This document shows positions 48,758-60,415 of a DNA stretch of 64,000 nt, piece after piece. The translations under genes and the position numbers were made by a program. The DNA comes from an uncultured Bacillaceae bacterium (GTDB lineage Bacteria > Bacillota > Bacilli > Bacillales > Cytobacillaceae), in assembly GCA_937995745.1 (NCBI GenBank), contig CALKIU010000069.1:33337-97336 (forward strand), read 5' to 3'. Position 1 is the stretch's first letter; the number at the start of each line of letters is the position of its first letter. The notes below the pieces were generated by a model. That model did not search any database. It was not told where the DNA came from and worked only from the letters and a program-made list of their open reading frames with translations.

Positions 48758-49117
48758 CGCACTTGCCAGGCTTCTTGATCCTTCTATTTTTCATCCCCCC
48801 ATGATCAGCTTTCCCTGAAATGGCAACACTTCTCTTTTCCTCAACTGCAATCATCCTGTTTGTACATGCATATTCAAAATTTTTAAAAAAAGACGCAAAT
48901 TCACGGAAAAATAAACAGACAGTCCGTTTTGACCCATGCCGCCGGGAGTTTGCAGTATATTTTCCGTCATCGCAAATGGCATGCCTTAAACAATTGTTAT
49001 AAAGTTCGCCTCTTCTCCGCCCGTTGAACTGTTGTTTCAAATGGAAAGGTTCATGGGAAACCGTTGATGATGAAAATGTTATTCTTGCAAACAATAAACA
49101 TGAGGGGAGGGAAGGGA

Positions 49118-49768
49118 ATGGAAGATATTTTTCAGGCAATCTTCCGGACGGTCGTCTTATACGGAGTGATCATCCTGATTTTTCGCTTAATGGGAAAAAG
49201 GGAAATCGGCGAGTTGAGCATCATTGATATCGTTGTTTCGATCATGATGGCTGAATTGGCTGTCATTGCCATAGAAAGGCCGGAAGTTCCATTTGTTAAT
49301 GCGCTCATTCCGATGTTCGTTCTCATGATTGTGCAAATTACTACGGCATATATCTCGTTAAAAAGCAAAAGATTCCGCGACTTACTTGAAGGGGAACCGG
49401 TTCTGATTATAAAAAACGGAAATATTGATGAAGAAGCGATGCGTAAGCAAAGATACAACTTCGACGATTTGATGCTGCAAATAAGGCAAAAAAACATTCG
49501 TGATTTGGCTGACGTGGAATTTGCCGTTTTAGAAAATTCGGGAAAATTGTCTGTTATCACCAAGGAGAAAGAGAAGGACAGTTTGATGGTGCCGCTCATT
49601 ATGGATGGCATCATCCAAAAGGAGCATTTGAAAACAATCGGAAAGAATGAACAATGGTTAAAGGACAACCTTCGGCGGCTCGGGTACGGAGATATAAAAG
49701 CAATCTCCCTCTGCATCTGGCAAAATGGAAAATTTTTTGTTGATTTAAAAGATGAACAGAAATCATAA
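49118..49768 (+). CDS. DUF421 membrane protein (YrbG-like)
   Basis: RTVVLYGVIILIFRLMGKREIGELSIIDIVVSIMMAELA plus a C-terminal soluble domain. ATG behind GAGGGGAGGGAAGGG. Confidence 0.7.
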   Translation: MEDIFQAIFRTVVLYGVIILIFRLMGKREIGELSIIDIVVSIMMAELAVIAIERPEVPFVNALIPMFVLMIVQITTAYISLKSKRFRDLLEGEPVLIIKNGNIDEEAMRKQRYNFDDLMLQIRQKNIRDLADVEFAVLENSGKLSVITKEKEKDSLMVPLIMDGIIQKEHLKTIGKNEQWLKDNLRRLGYGDIKAISLCIWQNGKFFVDLKDEQKS

Positions 49769-49800
49769 AGGGCCGGTTCCGGAGGGAACCGGCCCTTTTA
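49767..49800. terminator. Bidirectional terminator between the DUF421 gene and spoVB
   Basis: Perfect 14-bp hairpin AAAGGGCCGGTTCC ggag GGAACCGGCCCTTT. Confidence 0.75.
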
Positions 49801-49842
49801 GGCCAAGCGGGCATTCATTTTTCTCATTGTTTGATTGAGGAC

Positions 49843-51405
49843 TTACCGGAAAGCGAAACGGGCCAAGAACCGGCCGATTTTCGGGATGCGCTCCAAGTCG
49901 CCTTTTCTGATTAAACCAAACGATAACAAGAGGAGCAAATATGTGAAAGAAATGGCGCCGGCGCCGATGAAAAGGGTTTCTGCAGGTTTGCCGTCCATCC
50001 ATAAATGTTGAAGGAGAAACAAGCCCGGCAAAGCGGAGATTCCCATCGCTGCCAAAGCTTTTAAGCAGTCTTTTATGACAAACGAGAAAGATATCTTTTT
50101 CAAAACAGACGCAAAATGAAGCAAGGTGACGAGCACCGTGCCGGCCACAATGCCCAAAGCAGCCCCGTTGATTCCGAAGGCCGGCTGGCTTGCCAGGGAG
50201 AAAATAACGGCCAGTTTTACGAACGAACCGATAAAGCTGTTGATCATCGCCGTTTTTGCCAAATCCATCGCCTGAAGTGTTGCTTGCAGTGGTCCTTGGA
50301 AGTAGTAAAATAAAAAGAAAGGCGCCATCATCTTGATAAAGCCCGCTCCGTTTTCCGAACCGTACATAACAATCATCAAAGGTTCCGCCAGTACATATAA
50401 AAGGACAACAGCGAGCCCCCCGGTTAAAAATACAAATTTCAACGCCTGCTGAAGCCGGAATTCGATCAGGGCCAGATTCTTTTTTGAATGGGCTTCGCTG
50501 ATAGCTGGAACGAGAGAAGTAGACAAGGATTGTGTAATAAAAGAAGGCAGCATAAGGAGCGGCAAGGCAAAGCCCGTCAGCGAGCCGTACAGTTTTGTTG
50601 CCGTGCCCGCACCGATTCCCGCCAGGGCCAGGCTGTGGGAAACAACAATCGGTTCCAAAAACCAGGTCAGATTGCCGATCAGCCTGCTGCCAAGCGTGGG
50701 AAGGCCAATGCTCATCAGTTCTTGAAAAGTCTTTTTTCCTTTCACAATTTGCCGGAAAAAATTTTTTCTGACGCGGAATTTTTTCTTTATTTCAAATGAT
50801 ATGAACAGGTAAATGAAGGAAGCCAATTCTCCCAGGACCGATGCAAGCATCGCTCCCGCGGCCGCATATTCTATCCCGTAAGGCAGCAGCCATTTTGTCA
50901 GAACGGCAATGAACCCAATACGGACAATTTGTTCCAAAATTTGTGAGACGGCCGCCGGTTTCATGTTTTGCCTTCCTTGAAAGTAGCCGCGTAAAACGGA
51001 TGACAAGGCGACAATCGGCACGATCGGCGCGATGGCCAAAAGAGGCCATTTCGTGCGGGCATCGGTAAACAGCGTTTCCGCCAAGTAAGGGGTCAGGAGA
51101 AACAGGACGGGAGTCAGCAGGACGGAAAGGATAAACGTAGTTAAAAGAGACACGGCGAGTATTTTTTTTATTTTATGAAAGTCACCCTTTGCTTCCGCTT
51201 CGGCGACCCTCTTGGAAATGGCGACCGGAAGGCCCAATTGGGTGATGGCGACAACAAGCATCAGAGTCGGAAAAGCCATCATATAAAGACCCACGCCTTC
51301 TTCGCCGATAAAACGGGCGATGACAATCCGGTTGACAAAGCCAAGAATGCGGATGATCAAGCCGGCTACGAGTAGGATGAGCGTGCCTTTTAAAAACTTT
51401 GACAT
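49843..51405 (-). CDS. spoVB: Stage V sporulation protein B (MOP-superfamily flippase)
   Basis: 520 aa, ~14 TM helices. N-terminus MSKFLKGTLILLVAGLIIRILGFVNRIVIARFIGEEGVGLY. Confidence 0.85.
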   Translation of the reverse strand: MSKFLKGTLILLVAGLIIRILGFVNRIVIARFIGEEGVGLYMMAFPTLMLVVAITQLGLPVAISKRVAEAEAKGDFHKIKKILAVSLLTTFILSVLLTPVLFLLTPYLAETLFTDARTKWPLLAIAPIVPIVALSSVLRGYFQGRQNMKPAAVSQILEQIVRIGFIAVLTKWLLPYGIEYAAAGAMLASVLGELASFIYLFISFEIKKKFRVRKNFFRQIVKGKKTFQELMSIGLPTLGSRLIGNLTWFLEPIVVSHSLALAGIGAGTATKLYGSLTGFALPLLMLPSFITQSLSTSLVPAISEAHSKKNLALIEFRLQQALKFVFLTGGLAVVLLYVLAEPLMIVMYGSENGAGFIKMMAPFFLFYYFQGPLQATLQAMDLAKTAMINSFIGSFVKLAVIFSLASQPAFGINGAALGIVAGTVLVTLLHFASVLKKISFSFVIKDCLKALAAMGISALPGLFLLQHLWMDGKPAETLFIGAGAISFTYLLLLLSFGLIRKGDLERIPKIGRFLARFAFR

Positions 51406-51449
51406 CTTGCTCCCCGCCTTCTCAAATGAGTTGGATTAATATACAATTA

Positions 51450-51480
51450 ACTATATGCGAGATTGCGGACAAAGAATGAC
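51450..51480 (-). promoter_or_regulatory. Candidate sigma-E promoter for spoVB
   Basis: The minus strand reads TCATTCTT-N-CATATAGT, compared with the sigma-E consensus. spoVB is sigma-E dependent in B. subtilis. Confidence 0.3.
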
Positions 51481-51598
51481 AAGCATTTTCACAGATTCGT
51501 CCGCGGTGCGGATTGAAGGGAAAATTTTTTTGCGGAGACCGTTCTAAAGCCGGTTACCGGCGGCAAACCGGCGCAAGTATCGAGGGAGGCGAGTGAAG

Positions 51599-51898
51599 AT
51601 GAGTTTCAGCCGTTTGATTGATCAGTATCGTTCGGAAGTGGAACCTGCGTTGACCAGCAAAGTGGAAGAGTTACAGTTGTTGGGGTATGAAACGATCACG
51701 GAAGACGATATTTGGGTGTATCTAAAAAACAAAAAATGGAAAAAACAAAAACATCAGCCCAGGCTTCATGAAATTGTGGCCGACATTTTGAAGGTTAGTG
51801 CCGGTGAATTTATGAATTATGTGACAATGGAAACGATTAAACAAGAAGCCGTATTTGATTTTTCCGATGAGGAATTGCGGAAAGAATTGTTGAAATAG
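51599..51898 (+). CDS. comN: Post-transcriptional regulator ComN (YrzD)
   Basis: 99 aa; LQLLGYETITEDDIWVYL; immediately upstream of secDF, as in B. subtilis. Confidence 0.65.
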   Translation: MSFSRLIDQYRSEVEPALTSKVEELQLLGYETITEDDIWVYLKNKKWKKQKHQPRLHEIVADILKVSAGEFMNYVTMETIKQEAVFDFSDEELRKELLK

Positions 51899-52000
51899 AG
51901 GACTCACAGTCAACTCTTAACCGGTCCCGGCGGCCGGGCCTTTCGGGGAGGACGGAGGCAGCCACTTGTCCGGTTTTACATAAAGGAGGATTTTTACATA

Positions 52001-54262
52001 ATGCAAAAACGCAGTCGTTTAGTTGCCTTCCTGCTGATTGTGATATTGCTTTTTTCCGCCATGGGATTCACGGCGAAAGATGTAGTGCAGGGAATCAAGC
52101 TTGGTTTGGACTTGCAGGGCGGCTTTGAAGTGCTCTACGATGTCAAACCGGCCAAAGAAGGACAAAAAATTGACAGAGATGCACTAACCGCCACGGTTGA
52201 GGCTTTGTACAACCGGGTGGACGTGCTCGGTGTGAGCGAACCGTATATTCAAATTGAAGGGGACAACCGCATCCGCGTGCAGCTGGCCGGGGTGAAAGAT
52301 CAAAATGAAGCGCGGGAAATGCTGGCCACGGAAGCAAATCTGACCTTCCGCGACGTAGATGACAATTTGTTGATGGACGGGAGCGACCTCGTTGAAGGAG
52401 GAGCCAAACAATCTTTCGATGAAATGGGCCGCCCGAATGTCGTCTTGAAGTTGAAAAGCGCGGAAAAATTCCGCCAGGTGACAGAAAAAATTGTCAATAT
52501 GCCTCCGGGAGAAAATCTCCTAATCATTTGGTTGGATTTTGAGGAAGGCGTCGATTCTTTCAGAGAGTCGGGGGATGACAATGAAAAAGTAATCTCCGCA
52601 GCCAGGGTGGAGCAGGTTTTTAATCAAGATGAAGTATCCATTGTTGGAAATTTCACCCCAAAAGAAGCGCAAACATTGGCTAATCTCCTGAATGCCGGGG
52701 CATTGCCCGTTAAGCTGGATGAAGTGTATTCCACTTCTGTCGGAGCCCAATTCGGAGAGCAGGCGCTGGAAAAAACAATTTTTGCCGGGATCATTGCCAT
52801 TACCGCCATTTTTGTGTTTATGATCGCTTATTACCGGTTGCCCGGTCTCGTGGCATCCATTGCGTTGGTCGTTTATTTGTTTTTAACGCTCCTTATTTTC
52901 AATTGGATGAACGGCGTTTTAACCTTGCCCGGCATTGCGGCGTTGATTCTCGGTCTTGGAATGGCCGTGGACGCCAACGTGATTACTTATGAACGAATCA
53001 AAGAAGAAATCAAAGTCGGCCGGCCCCTTTCGGCGGCTTTTAAAACGGGCTCGAGCATGTCGCTGACTTCCATTATAGACGCCAATTTAACCACTTTATT
53101 GGCAGCCTTTGTTCTTTTCTTCTACGGAACCAGTTCCGTCAAAGGTTTTGCCACCATGTTGATCGTGAGTATTGTCGTCAGCTTCATTACGGCCGTGTAC
53201 GGATCCCGCTTTTTGCTCGGATTGCTGGTAAAGAGCAATCTCTTTAAGAAACCGTTTTGGTACGGCGTCAAAGAAAAAGAGATCAGAGATCTCAGTGAAA
53301 ATGTTGAAGCAATTGATTTGCCTACGAAATTTGACCGCTTCGACTTCGTGCGGGTCCGCAACAAGTTTTTCGCGTTGTCGGGAATCATCCTCGCAGCCGG
53401 CCTTGTCAGCCTGCTCGTCTTTAAATTGAATCTCGGCATCGATTTCAGCCAGGGAACGCGCATTGAAGTGCAGGCGGATCACCAAATAACCGGAGAAGAA
53501 TACCGTCTGCAATTAGAAAAAATCGGCATTGAAACGGACGATATCGTCATTTCCGGCGACGACAACAATATCGGCGTCGCCCGAGTAAAAGACGTTCTCA
53601 GCAAAGAAAAAATTGCCGAATTAAAAGCTTTCTTCAGCGAGGAATACGGTAAAGAGCCCAATGTGAGCACTGTATCGCCGACGGTTGGAAAAGAACTGGC
53701 CAAGAATGCGCTGATTGCCGTATTGCTGGCTTCCGTGGGCATCATCTTGTATGTGGCACTGCGCTTTGAAATGAGAATGGCGATACCGGCCGTTTTGGCT
53801 CTTCTTCACGATGCATTTTTAATCATCGCCGTTTTCAGCTTCACCCGGTTGGAAGTGGATATCACGTTTATTGCCGCCGTGCTGACGATCATCGGATATT
53901 CGATCAATGACACCATTGTCACCTTTGACAGAATCCGCGAAAACATGCGCCGGAAAAAACGGATCAAAAAGGCTGAAGAAATTGCGGATATTGTCAATAA
54001 AAGCCTCAGGCAAACTTTGGGACGGAGCATTAATACAGCGCTTACCACGCTGATGGCAGTCGCGGCCATTCTCATTTTCGGCAGCGAGGCGATCTTTAAC
54101 TTCTCGTTTGCATTATTGATCGGCCTAATCGCCGGCTTGTATTCGTCTTTGTTCGTTGCCGCCCAGCTCTATTATGTGTGGAAGGCAAAAGAGCTAAAAC
54201 AAAAAGGCGTATTGAAAACTTATAAAGAAAAAAGACATTTTACAGACGAACCGCAAGTGTAA
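52001..54262 (+). CDS. secDF: Protein translocase subunit SecDF (fusion)
   Basis: 753 aa, 12 TM helices. SecD periplasmic P1 head (GLDLQGG...) and SecF half (GIDFSQGT...). Confidence 0.95.
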   Translation: MQKRSRLVAFLLIVILLFSAMGFTAKDVVQGIKLGLDLQGGFEVLYDVKPAKEGQKIDRDALTATVEALYNRVDVLGVSEPYIQIEGDNRIRVQLAGVKDQNEAREMLATEANLTFRDVDDNLLMDGSDLVEGGAKQSFDEMGRPNVVLKLKSAEKFRQVTEKIVNMPPGENLLIIWLDFEEGVDSFRESGDDNEKVISAARVEQVFNQDEVSIVGNFTPKEAQTLANLLNAGALPVKLDEVYSTSVGAQFGEQALEKTIFAGIIAITAIFVFMIAYYRLPGLVASIALVVYLFLTLLIFNWMNGVLTLPGIAALILGLGMAVDANVITYERIKEEIKVGRPLSAAFKTGSSMSLTSIIDANLTTLLAAFVLFFYGTSSVKGFATMLIVSIVVSFITAVYGSRFLLGLLVKSNLFKKPFWYGVKEKEIRDLSENVEAIDLPTKFDRFDFVRVRNKFFALSGIILAAGLVSLLVFKLNLGIDFSQGTRIEVQADHQITGEEYRLQLEKIGIETDDIVISGDDNNIGVARVKDVLSKEKIAELKAFFSEEYGKEPNVSTVSPTVGKELAKNALIAVLLASVGIILYVALRFEMRMAIPAVLALLHDAFLIIAVFSFTRLEVDITFIAAVLTIIGYSINDTIVTFDRIRENMRRKKRIKKAEEIADIVNKSLRQTLGRSINTALTTLMAVAAILIFGSEAIFNFSFALLIGLIAGLYSSLFVAAQLYYVWKAKELKQKGVLKTYKEKRHFTDEPQV

Positions 54263-54287
54263 CCGCAGAAATCTGCGGTTTTTTTTC
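54261..54287 (+). terminator. Intrinsic terminator after secDF
   Basis: AACCGCAGA aa TCTGCGGTT followed by T7. Confidence 0.75.
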
Positions 54288-54348
54288 TTTCCCGGCAAGC
54301 TGTTATCTTTCGCGAATGTTCACGGCCTGCCTCCGCCGCTTTTTCGCA

Positions 54349-54378
54349 TTGAAAGACAACTGCGCCTTTTAGTATAAT
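54349..54378 (+). promoter_or_regulatory. Candidate sigma-A promoter for recJ-apt
   Basis: TTGAAA-18 nt-TATAAT. Confidence 0.45.
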
Positions 54379-54400
54379 GAAAAGGTTAAGAGGTGAATAT

Positions 54401-56767
54401 ATGCTAAAACCAAAAACCCGTTGGGTGTTAAAACAACAAGATGAACAACAAATACATTTTCTTGCCGAAAGCTTGGGCATCACGCCTCTTCTTGCCGCTC
54501 TTCTCATCCGGCGGGGATTGGCTGATCCTGACGAGGCGCGGGAATTCTTATATGTGGATGAGCAATCATTCCATGATCCGTTTCTTTTTCCCGGAATGGG
54601 CAAGGCGGTTAACAGGATCAAAGAGGCGATCGGCGCCGGAGAACCCATTTTAATTTTCGGCGATTATGATGCGGACGGGGTAACGAGCGTTGCCATAATG
54701 ATGATTACCCTTCAAGAGCTTGGCGCCCGCGCCGATTTTTACATTCCCAACCGATTTACGGAAGGGTACGGCCCGAATGAAGGAGCGTTCCGCCATGCCG
54801 CCGAATCGGGATTCCGCTTGATCATCACGGTGGATACAGGCATCGCGGCGTTGAAAGAAGCGGAACTGGCAAAAGAACTCGGGATAGATTTAATCATTAC
54901 CGATCATCACGAGCCGGGCGAAGAGATTCCGCCCGCTGAAGCCATTATTCATCCGAAAGTGCCGGAAGACGGGTACCCTTTCCAAGAATTGTCGGGAGCG
55001 GGCGTAGCTTTTAAGCTGGCCCATGCCTTATACGGCAAGGTGCCGGAACATCTTCTTGATTTGGCGGCCATTGGGACGGTGGCCGATTTGGTTCCTCTCC
55101 GGGGAGAAAACCGCTTGCTTGTTAAAAAGGGGCTTGAGAAACTGCAAACGACGGAGAGACCGGGCATCCAGGCGCTTTTGAAAAAATCCGGCATCGGATT
55201 TCAGTCTGTTAACGAGGATTCGATTGCTTTTGCCATCGGCCCGAGGATTAATTCTGCCGGGAGACTGGACAGTGCCGACCCTGCCGTCCATTTATTGCTG
55301 ACCGAAGATCCGTATGAAGCGGAAATGATCGCCGAAGAACTGGAAGAACTTAACAAAGAAAGACAAAACCTCGTCTCCGGGATAACCGAAGAGGCGGTTT
55401 CCGAGATAAATGAGAAATATCCGCCGGAAGAATACTCTGTCATTGTTGTCGGAAAAGAAGGGTGGAATCCCGGGGTTATCGGCATTGTTGCTTCGAAGCT
55501 TGTTGAAAAATTTTACCGTCCGGCCATCGTCTTAAGTTATGATGAGACGACTGGGCTTGCCAAAGGGTCAGCTAGAAGCATCGCCGGGTTTGATATTTTT
55601 AAAAACCTCTCCCTTTGCCGCGACATTCTCCCTCATTTCGGAGGTCATCCGATGGCGGCGGGAATGACCTTGAAAACGGCCGATGTGGAAGATTTGCGGA
55701 CACGCCTAAATCAATTGGCCAAAGAACAGTTGACGGCGGAAGATTTCATCCCCATGACGGAACTGGATGGGGAGATTTGTGTTGAGGATGTTGATTTGCG
55801 GGCGATTGAAGAACTGCAAATGCTCGCTCCTTTCGGTGTCGGAAACCCCAAACCGAAAATATTGTTAAAACCGGCGCAAATAGCGCAAATCAAAAAAATC
55901 GGGGCGTCCGGAAGCCATTTAAAAATGGTACTAAGAGAAAAAGAAGCAGAATTGGACGGCGTGGGCTTTGGATTGGGGGAGCTTTTTGATGAAATATCCC
56001 CTTACTCGAAAGTTTCCGCCGTGGGAGAACTGGCCATCAATGAATGGAATCATATCCGGAAACCGCAGATTTTCATCCGGGACTTGAAAATAAGCGAATG
56101 GCAATTGTTTGATTACCGCGGGCAAAAATATGCGGAGCAATTGCTGCAGTCGGTTCCCGATGGGAAATGGATCTTTTTTGACGAGGAAATCTACCGGAAA
56201 TTCCGGCAGCATCTCCGTGCAGAGGATGAAACGGTGCTCATCGATTCACCGGAAGAGGCCAAACAGATGGATGTCAACGAACAAAATATCGTTTTGCCTG
56301 ATTTGCCGCCGTCCCTGAAACATTTGGAAAATCTTTTTTCCGGAAAGGCACCGGCGCGCATTTATGCTCATTTTTACAGCAAGAGAAGCGCATTTTTCTC
56401 CATGATGCCCACGAGGGAACATTTTGCTTGGTATTACCGTTTTTTGGCGAAAAGGGCTCCTTTTGATTTCAGAAAACATGGGGAAGCACTTGCAAAGTAC
56501 CGGGGCTGGACGAAAGAAACGATTCAGTTTATGTCGAGAGTCTTTCTGGAGCTGGATTTTATCCGTGTCAAAGACGGACAAATATTTTTGAACAAGAATC
56601 CTGTAAAAAAGGATTTGGCAAGCTCGCCGACTTATCAAAAAGAGCAGACATATCTAGCGATGGAAGGAAAATTGCTCTATTCTTCCTATCATGAGTTAAA
56701 AGACTGGTTCGAACAGATTATGCAAGGACCTGTTAAAAGTGAGGAGGCAGTGGAAAAATGGATTTAA
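54401..56767 (+). CDS. recJ: Single-stranded-DNA-specific exonuclease RecJ
   Basis: DHH motifs ([22 protein letters not shown]) and a DHHA1 domain (GGHPMAAG). 788 aa from ATG 54401. Confidence 0.9.
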   Translation: MLKPKTRWVLKQQDEQQIHFLAESLGITPLLAALLIRRGLADPDEAREFLYVDEQSFHDPFLFPGMGKAVNRIKEAIGAGEPILIFGDYDADGVTSVAIMMITLQELGARADFYIPNRFTEGYGPNEGAFRHAAESGFRLIITVDTGIAALKEAELAKELGIDLIITDHHEPGEEIPPAEAIIHPKVPEDGYPFQELSGAGVAFKLAHALYGKVPEHLLDLAAIGTVADLVPLRGENRLLVKKGLEKLQTTERPGIQALLKKSGIGFQSVNEDSIAFAIGPRINSAGRLDSADPAVHLLLTEDPYEAEMIAEELEELNKERQNLVSGITEEAVSEINEKYPPEEYSVIVVGKEGWNPGVIGIVASKLVEKFYRPAIVLSYDETTGLAKGSARSIAGFDIFKNLSLCRDILPHFGGHPMAAGMTLKTADVEDLRTRLNQLAKEQLTAEDFIPMTELDGEICVEDVDLRAIEELQMLAPFGVGNPKPKILLKPAQIAQIKKIGASGSHLKMVLREKEAELDGVGFGLGELFDEISPYSKVSAVGELAINEWNHIRKPQIFIRDLKISEWQLFDYRGQKYAEQLLQSVPDGKWIFFDEEIYRKFRQHLRAEDETVLIDSPEEAKQMDVNEQNIVLPDLPPSLKHLENLFSGKAPARIYAHFYSKRSAFFSMMPTREHFAWYYRFLAKRAPFDFRKHGEALAKYRGWTKETIQFMSRVFLELDFIRVKDGQIFLNKNPVKKDLASSPTYQKEQTYLAMEGKLLYSSYHELKDWFEQIMQGPVKSEEAVEKWI

Positions 56768-57270
56768 AGAACTATATTGCAATCGTGGAAGATTTTCCGA
56801 AAGCGGGAATCAAATTTAAAGACCTGACTCCGCTGATGCATAACGGAAAGGCGTTTAAATATGCCACGGATCAAATCGTCCAATATGCCCGCAATCTGGA
56901 TGTGGATATTGTTGTCGGACCGGAGGCCAGAGGATTTATTGTCGGCTGCCCGGTGGCATATTCCTTGGAAATCGGTTTTGCTCCGGTTCGGAAAGAAGGG
57001 AAGCTGCCGCGGGAAACAATCAGCATTGAATATGGTCTGGAGTATGGCAAAGATGTTTTGACCATTCACAAAGATGCCATCAAGCCCGGCCAGAGAGTGT
57101 TAATCGTTGATGATTTGCTGGCGACGGGAGGCACCATTGATGCGACGGTCAAATTGGTTGAAAAATTGGGCGGCATTGTTGCTGGAATCGCTTTCATTGT
57201 CGAGTTGACTTACTTGAATGGAAGAAAAAAATTAGAAGGATATGATATACTGACATTGGTGCAGTATTAA
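56758..57270 (+). CDS. apt: Adenine phosphoribosyltransferase
   Basis: PRPP motif [13 protein letters not shown]; overlaps the recJ end. Confidence 0.95.
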   Translation: MDLKNYIAIVEDFPKAGIKFKDLTPLMHNGKAFKYATDQIVQYARNLDVDIVVGPEARGFIVGCPVAYSLEIGFAPVRKEGKLPRETISIEYGLEYGKDVLTIHKDAIKPGQRVLIVDDLLATGGTIDATVKLVEKLGGIVAGIAFIVELTYLNGRKKLEGYDILTLVQY

Positions 57271-57275
57271 CAGAA

Positions 57276-57308
57276 CAAGAGCGCTTTTAGGAAGGCGCTC
57301 TTTTGTTG
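57276..57308 (+). terminator. Intrinsic terminator after apt
   Basis: AGAGCGC...GCGCTCT hairpin followed by TTTGTTGTT. Confidence 0.6.
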
Positions 57309-57723
57309 TTGCGCTTCAGCGCAAGGCTTCCTTAGAAACCGGCGGTCCGCCGGGGCAGTCAATCTTTTATGCTCAGGTTTCCGATTTTGTTTTATCAACA
57401 TATGAAAAATAACGGGGGCTGTTTTTAGTTGTATGGAGGAAAACCGTTAAAAGCGGCTGCCTTATGATCCATTTTTCCACTGCCCGGCAGCGCAATGTCT
57501 GAACAATAGAGGTTTTTTCAAAAGTTTATTATACTTAAGAATAGGGAAGTATTATTTAAAAATACAGCAAATTTCGACAGATTGGCGCAAAATCTTGCAT
57601 GTTTAGCTAAATGCTTTACATACAACCCATTTTTTTCGATAATAGTAACAATCATCTTAATTGCATCGAGGGGAATTGGGATTAGTGATTGCGGAGCGAT
57701 ACATGGAAAAAAAGGTGATTTAC

Positions 57724-59919
57724 ATGGCGAACGATCAAGTGTTAACCGCCGAACAGGTAATCGACCGGACAAGAAAATATTTGAATGATGAACATGTCGA
57801 ATTTGTCAAAAAGGCTTATGAATTTGCGCGACGTGCTCATCAAAATCAATTCCGGAAATCGGGGGAACCGTATATCATCCATCCGGTTCAAGTAGCCGGC
57901 ATTCTTGCCGATTTGGAGATGGACCCGTATACGGTTGCTGCCGGTTTTCTCCATGACGTCGTTGAAGATACGGATGTAACGCTTGATGATATCCGGGAAG
58001 CATTCAACGAAGAAGTGGCCATGTTAGTTGATGGAGTTACAAAACTTGGAAAAATTAAGTATAAATCCCAGAAAGAACAGCAGGCAGAAAATCACCGCAA
58101 AATGTTTGTGGCGATGGCCCGCGATATCCGCGTGATATTGATCAAGCTGGCCGACCGTCTCCATAATATGCGGACATTGAAATTTCTTCCTGCCGAAAAA
58201 CAGCGCCGCATCGCCAATGAAACGCTGGAGATTTTTGCCCCATTGGCCCATCGCCTCGGGATATCAAAAATCAAATGGGAACTTGAAGATACGGCGTTAA
58301 GATATTTAAATCCCCAGCAGTATTACCGGATTGTAAATTTAATGAAGAAAAAGCGGGCAGAGCGGGAAAAATATTTGGAAGATGTCATGGAGGTCATGCG
58401 GAAGAAGCTGAAAGAAGTTTCTATTCCCGCGGAAATTCACGGACGGCCGAAGCATATATACAGCATATACCGGAAAATGACCGTTCAAAACAAACAATTC
58501 AATGAAATTTATGATCTGTTGGCGGTTAGAATTATTGTTGACAGCATCCGCGATTGTTACGCCGTGCTAGGGATTATTCATACGTGCTGGAAGCCGATGC
58601 CCGGAAGATTCAAAGATTATATTGCGATGCCCAAAACGAATATGTATCAATCCCTTCACACAACGGTCATAGGCCCCAACGGCGAACCTTTGGAAGTGCA
58701 AATCCGCACAAAGGAAATGCACCGGGTGGCTGAATTCGGTATCGCCGCCCACTGGGCTTATAAAGAAGGGAAATCCGTCAACGATGCCTCCGAACTGGAA
58801 AAGAAGCTGTCCTGGTTCCGGGAAATTCTTGAGTTTCAAAATGAGTCCGCCAATGCGGAAGAGTTTATGGAAGCACTAAAACTCGACCTTTTTTCCGATA
58901 TGGTGTTCATTTTCACCCCGAAGGGAGATGTCATTGAACTTCCGGCCGGTTCGGTTCCAATCGATTTCGCATATCGCATCCATTCAGAAGTCGGAAACAA
59001 AGCGATTGGCGCCAAAGTGAACGGAAAAATGGTCGCCATGGACTATAAATTGAAAACCGGCGATATCGTTGAAATTTTGACTTCCAAGCATTCATACGGT
59101 CCCAGCCAGGATTGGCTGAAACTGGCGCAAACTTCCCAGGCAAGAAATAAAATCAAGCAATTCTTTAAAAAGCAGCGCAAGGAAGAAAATATTCTCAAAG
59201 GAAAAGAAATGGTGGAAAAAGAAATCCGCAACATGGGCTTTGATTTGAAAGAAATTTTAACACCGGAAAACATAAAAAGAGTTGCGGAAAAATTCAACTT
59301 CGCCAATGAAGAGGATATGTACGCCGCGGTCGGTTATAACGGCATCACCGCCCTCCAGGTGGCAAACCGCCTGACGGAAAAATGGCGCCGGGAACGCTCG
59401 CTTGAGCAGGAATCGTCGATTGCCAAAGTGGTTTCCGAAGTCAAAGCGATGCCCCCTGCGAAAAAGCGAGAGACGGGCGTTAAAGTAAAAGGAATCGACA
59501 ATTTGCTCATCCGGCTCTCGAAATGCTGCAGTCCGATTCCCGGAGATGAAATTGTCGGTTTTATAACAAAAGGAAGGGGCATTTCCGTTCACCGGACCGA
59601 TTGCCCGAATATCGCAACGGAAGACGCCAAAGAACGGCTGATTCCCGTTGAATGGGAAATTGGATTGAATGATCACAGGGAATACAATGTGGATATTGAA
59701 ATTACCGGTTTTGACAGAAGAGGGCTGCTTAACGAGGTCTTGCAGGCAATCAATGAAACCAAGACGAATATTACCGCCGTTTCGGGACGGACGGATCGCA
59801 ATAAAATGGCCATCATTAGTATGTCCATCTCCATAAAGAATATCCCCCACCTTCAGAAGGTGGTGGATCGGATTAAACAAATAAAAGATATATATTCGGT
59901 CAGACGAATTACAAATTAA
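57724..59919 (+). CDS. relA: Bifunctional (p)ppGpp synthetase/hydrolase RelA/SpoT homologue
   Basis: HD domain (HPVQVA...LHDVVEDT), synthetase domain ([12 protein letters not shown]...DLLAVRIIV), TGS and ACT domains. ATG 57724. Confidence 0.95.
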   Translation: MANDQVLTAEQVIDRTRKYLNDEHVEFVKKAYEFARRAHQNQFRKSGEPYIIHPVQVAGILADLEMDPYTVAAGFLHDVVEDTDVTLDDIREAFNEEVAMLVDGVTKLGKIKYKSQKEQQAENHRKMFVAMARDIRVILIKLADRLHNMRTLKFLPAEKQRRIANETLEIFAPLAHRLGISKIKWELEDTALRYLNPQQYYRIVNLMKKKRAEREKYLEDVMEVMRKKLKEVSIPAEIHGRPKHIYSIYRKMTVQNKQFNEIYDLLAVRIIVDSIRDCYAVLGIIHTCWKPMPGRFKDYIAMPKTNMYQSLHTTVIGPNGEPLEVQIRTKEMHRVAEFGIAAHWAYKEGKSVNDASELEKKLSWFREILEFQNESANAEEFMEALKLDLFSDMVFIFTPKGDVIELPAGSVPIDFAYRIHSEVGNKAIGAKVNGKMVAMDYKLKTGDIVEILTSKHSYGPSQDWLKLAQTSQARNKIKQFFKKQRKEENILKGKEMVEKEIRNMGFDLKEILTPENIKRVAEKFNFANEEDMYAAVGYNGITALQVANRLTEKWRRERSLEQESSIAKVVSEVKAMPPAKKRETGVKVKGIDNLLIRLSKCCSPIPGDEIVGFITKGRGISVHRTDCPNIATEDAKERLIPVEWEIGLNDHREYNVDIEITGFDRRGLLNEVLQAINETKTNITAVSGRTDRNKMAIISMSISIKNIPHLQKVVDRIKQIKDIYSVRRITN

Positions 59920-59932
59920 AGGAGCTTTGCGG

Positions 59933-60373
59933 ATGAAGGTTGTCGTACAGAGAAGCAGGGATGCCCACGTTTCAGTGAACGGAAACATGACGGGAAAAAT
60001 TCATAAAGGCTTGGTCCTTCTCGTGGGCATCACCCATGATGACACGGAGGAAGATGCCGCTTATCTGGCAGAGAAAGTGGTCAATTTGCGTATATTCGAA
60101 GATGAAAACCAAAAGATGAACAAGTCATTGCTCGATGTGGGCGGCGAAATTCTTTCCGTTTCCCAATTTACTTTATACGGTGATTGCCGGAAAGGAAGAA
60201 GGCCGAATTTTATGAATGCCGCCAAGCCGGAGCATGCAAAAAAAATTTATGAAGCCTTTAACCGTTTTATCCGTGAAAAAGGGATTCGGGTGGAAACGGG
60301 AGAATTTGGCGCTATGATGGAGGTTCATCTCATTAACGATGGTCCGGTGACTTTAATTTTGGAAAGCAAATAA
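59933..60373 (+). CDS. dtd: D-aminoacyl-tRNA deacylase
   Basis: MKVVVQRS...SQFTLYGD...GRRPNF...NDGPVT. Confidence 0.9.
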   Translation: MKVVVQRSRDAHVSVNGNMTGKIHKGLVLLVGITHDDTEEDAAYLAEKVVNLRIFEDENQKMNKSLLDVGGEILSVSQFTLYGDCRKGRRPNFMNAAKPEHAKKIYEAFNRFIREKGIRVETGEFGAMMEVHLINDGPVTLILESK

Positions 60374-60375
60374 AG

Positions 60376-60413
60376 AACAGGGGCCGCAATAACCGTCTGC
60401 GGCCCCGTTTTTG
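60376..60413. terminator. Bidirectional terminator between dtd and the amidase gene
   Basis: GGGGCCGCA...TGCGGCCCC hairpin followed by GTTTTTG. Confidence 0.75.
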
Positions 60414-60415
60414 TT

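Noticed and set aside
57309-57723. 415-nt apt-relA spacer as a possible RNA element
   Set aside because: It has only a few short hairpins (TTGCGC ttca GCGCAA, CCGGCGG tc CGCCGG) and AT-rich sequence. I found no recognisable riboswitch signature or ORF with an RBS, so there is nothing I can support.
59257-59988. 243-aa minus-strand ORF
   Set aside because: It is antisense to the 3' part of relA and the start of dtd, with no motifs.
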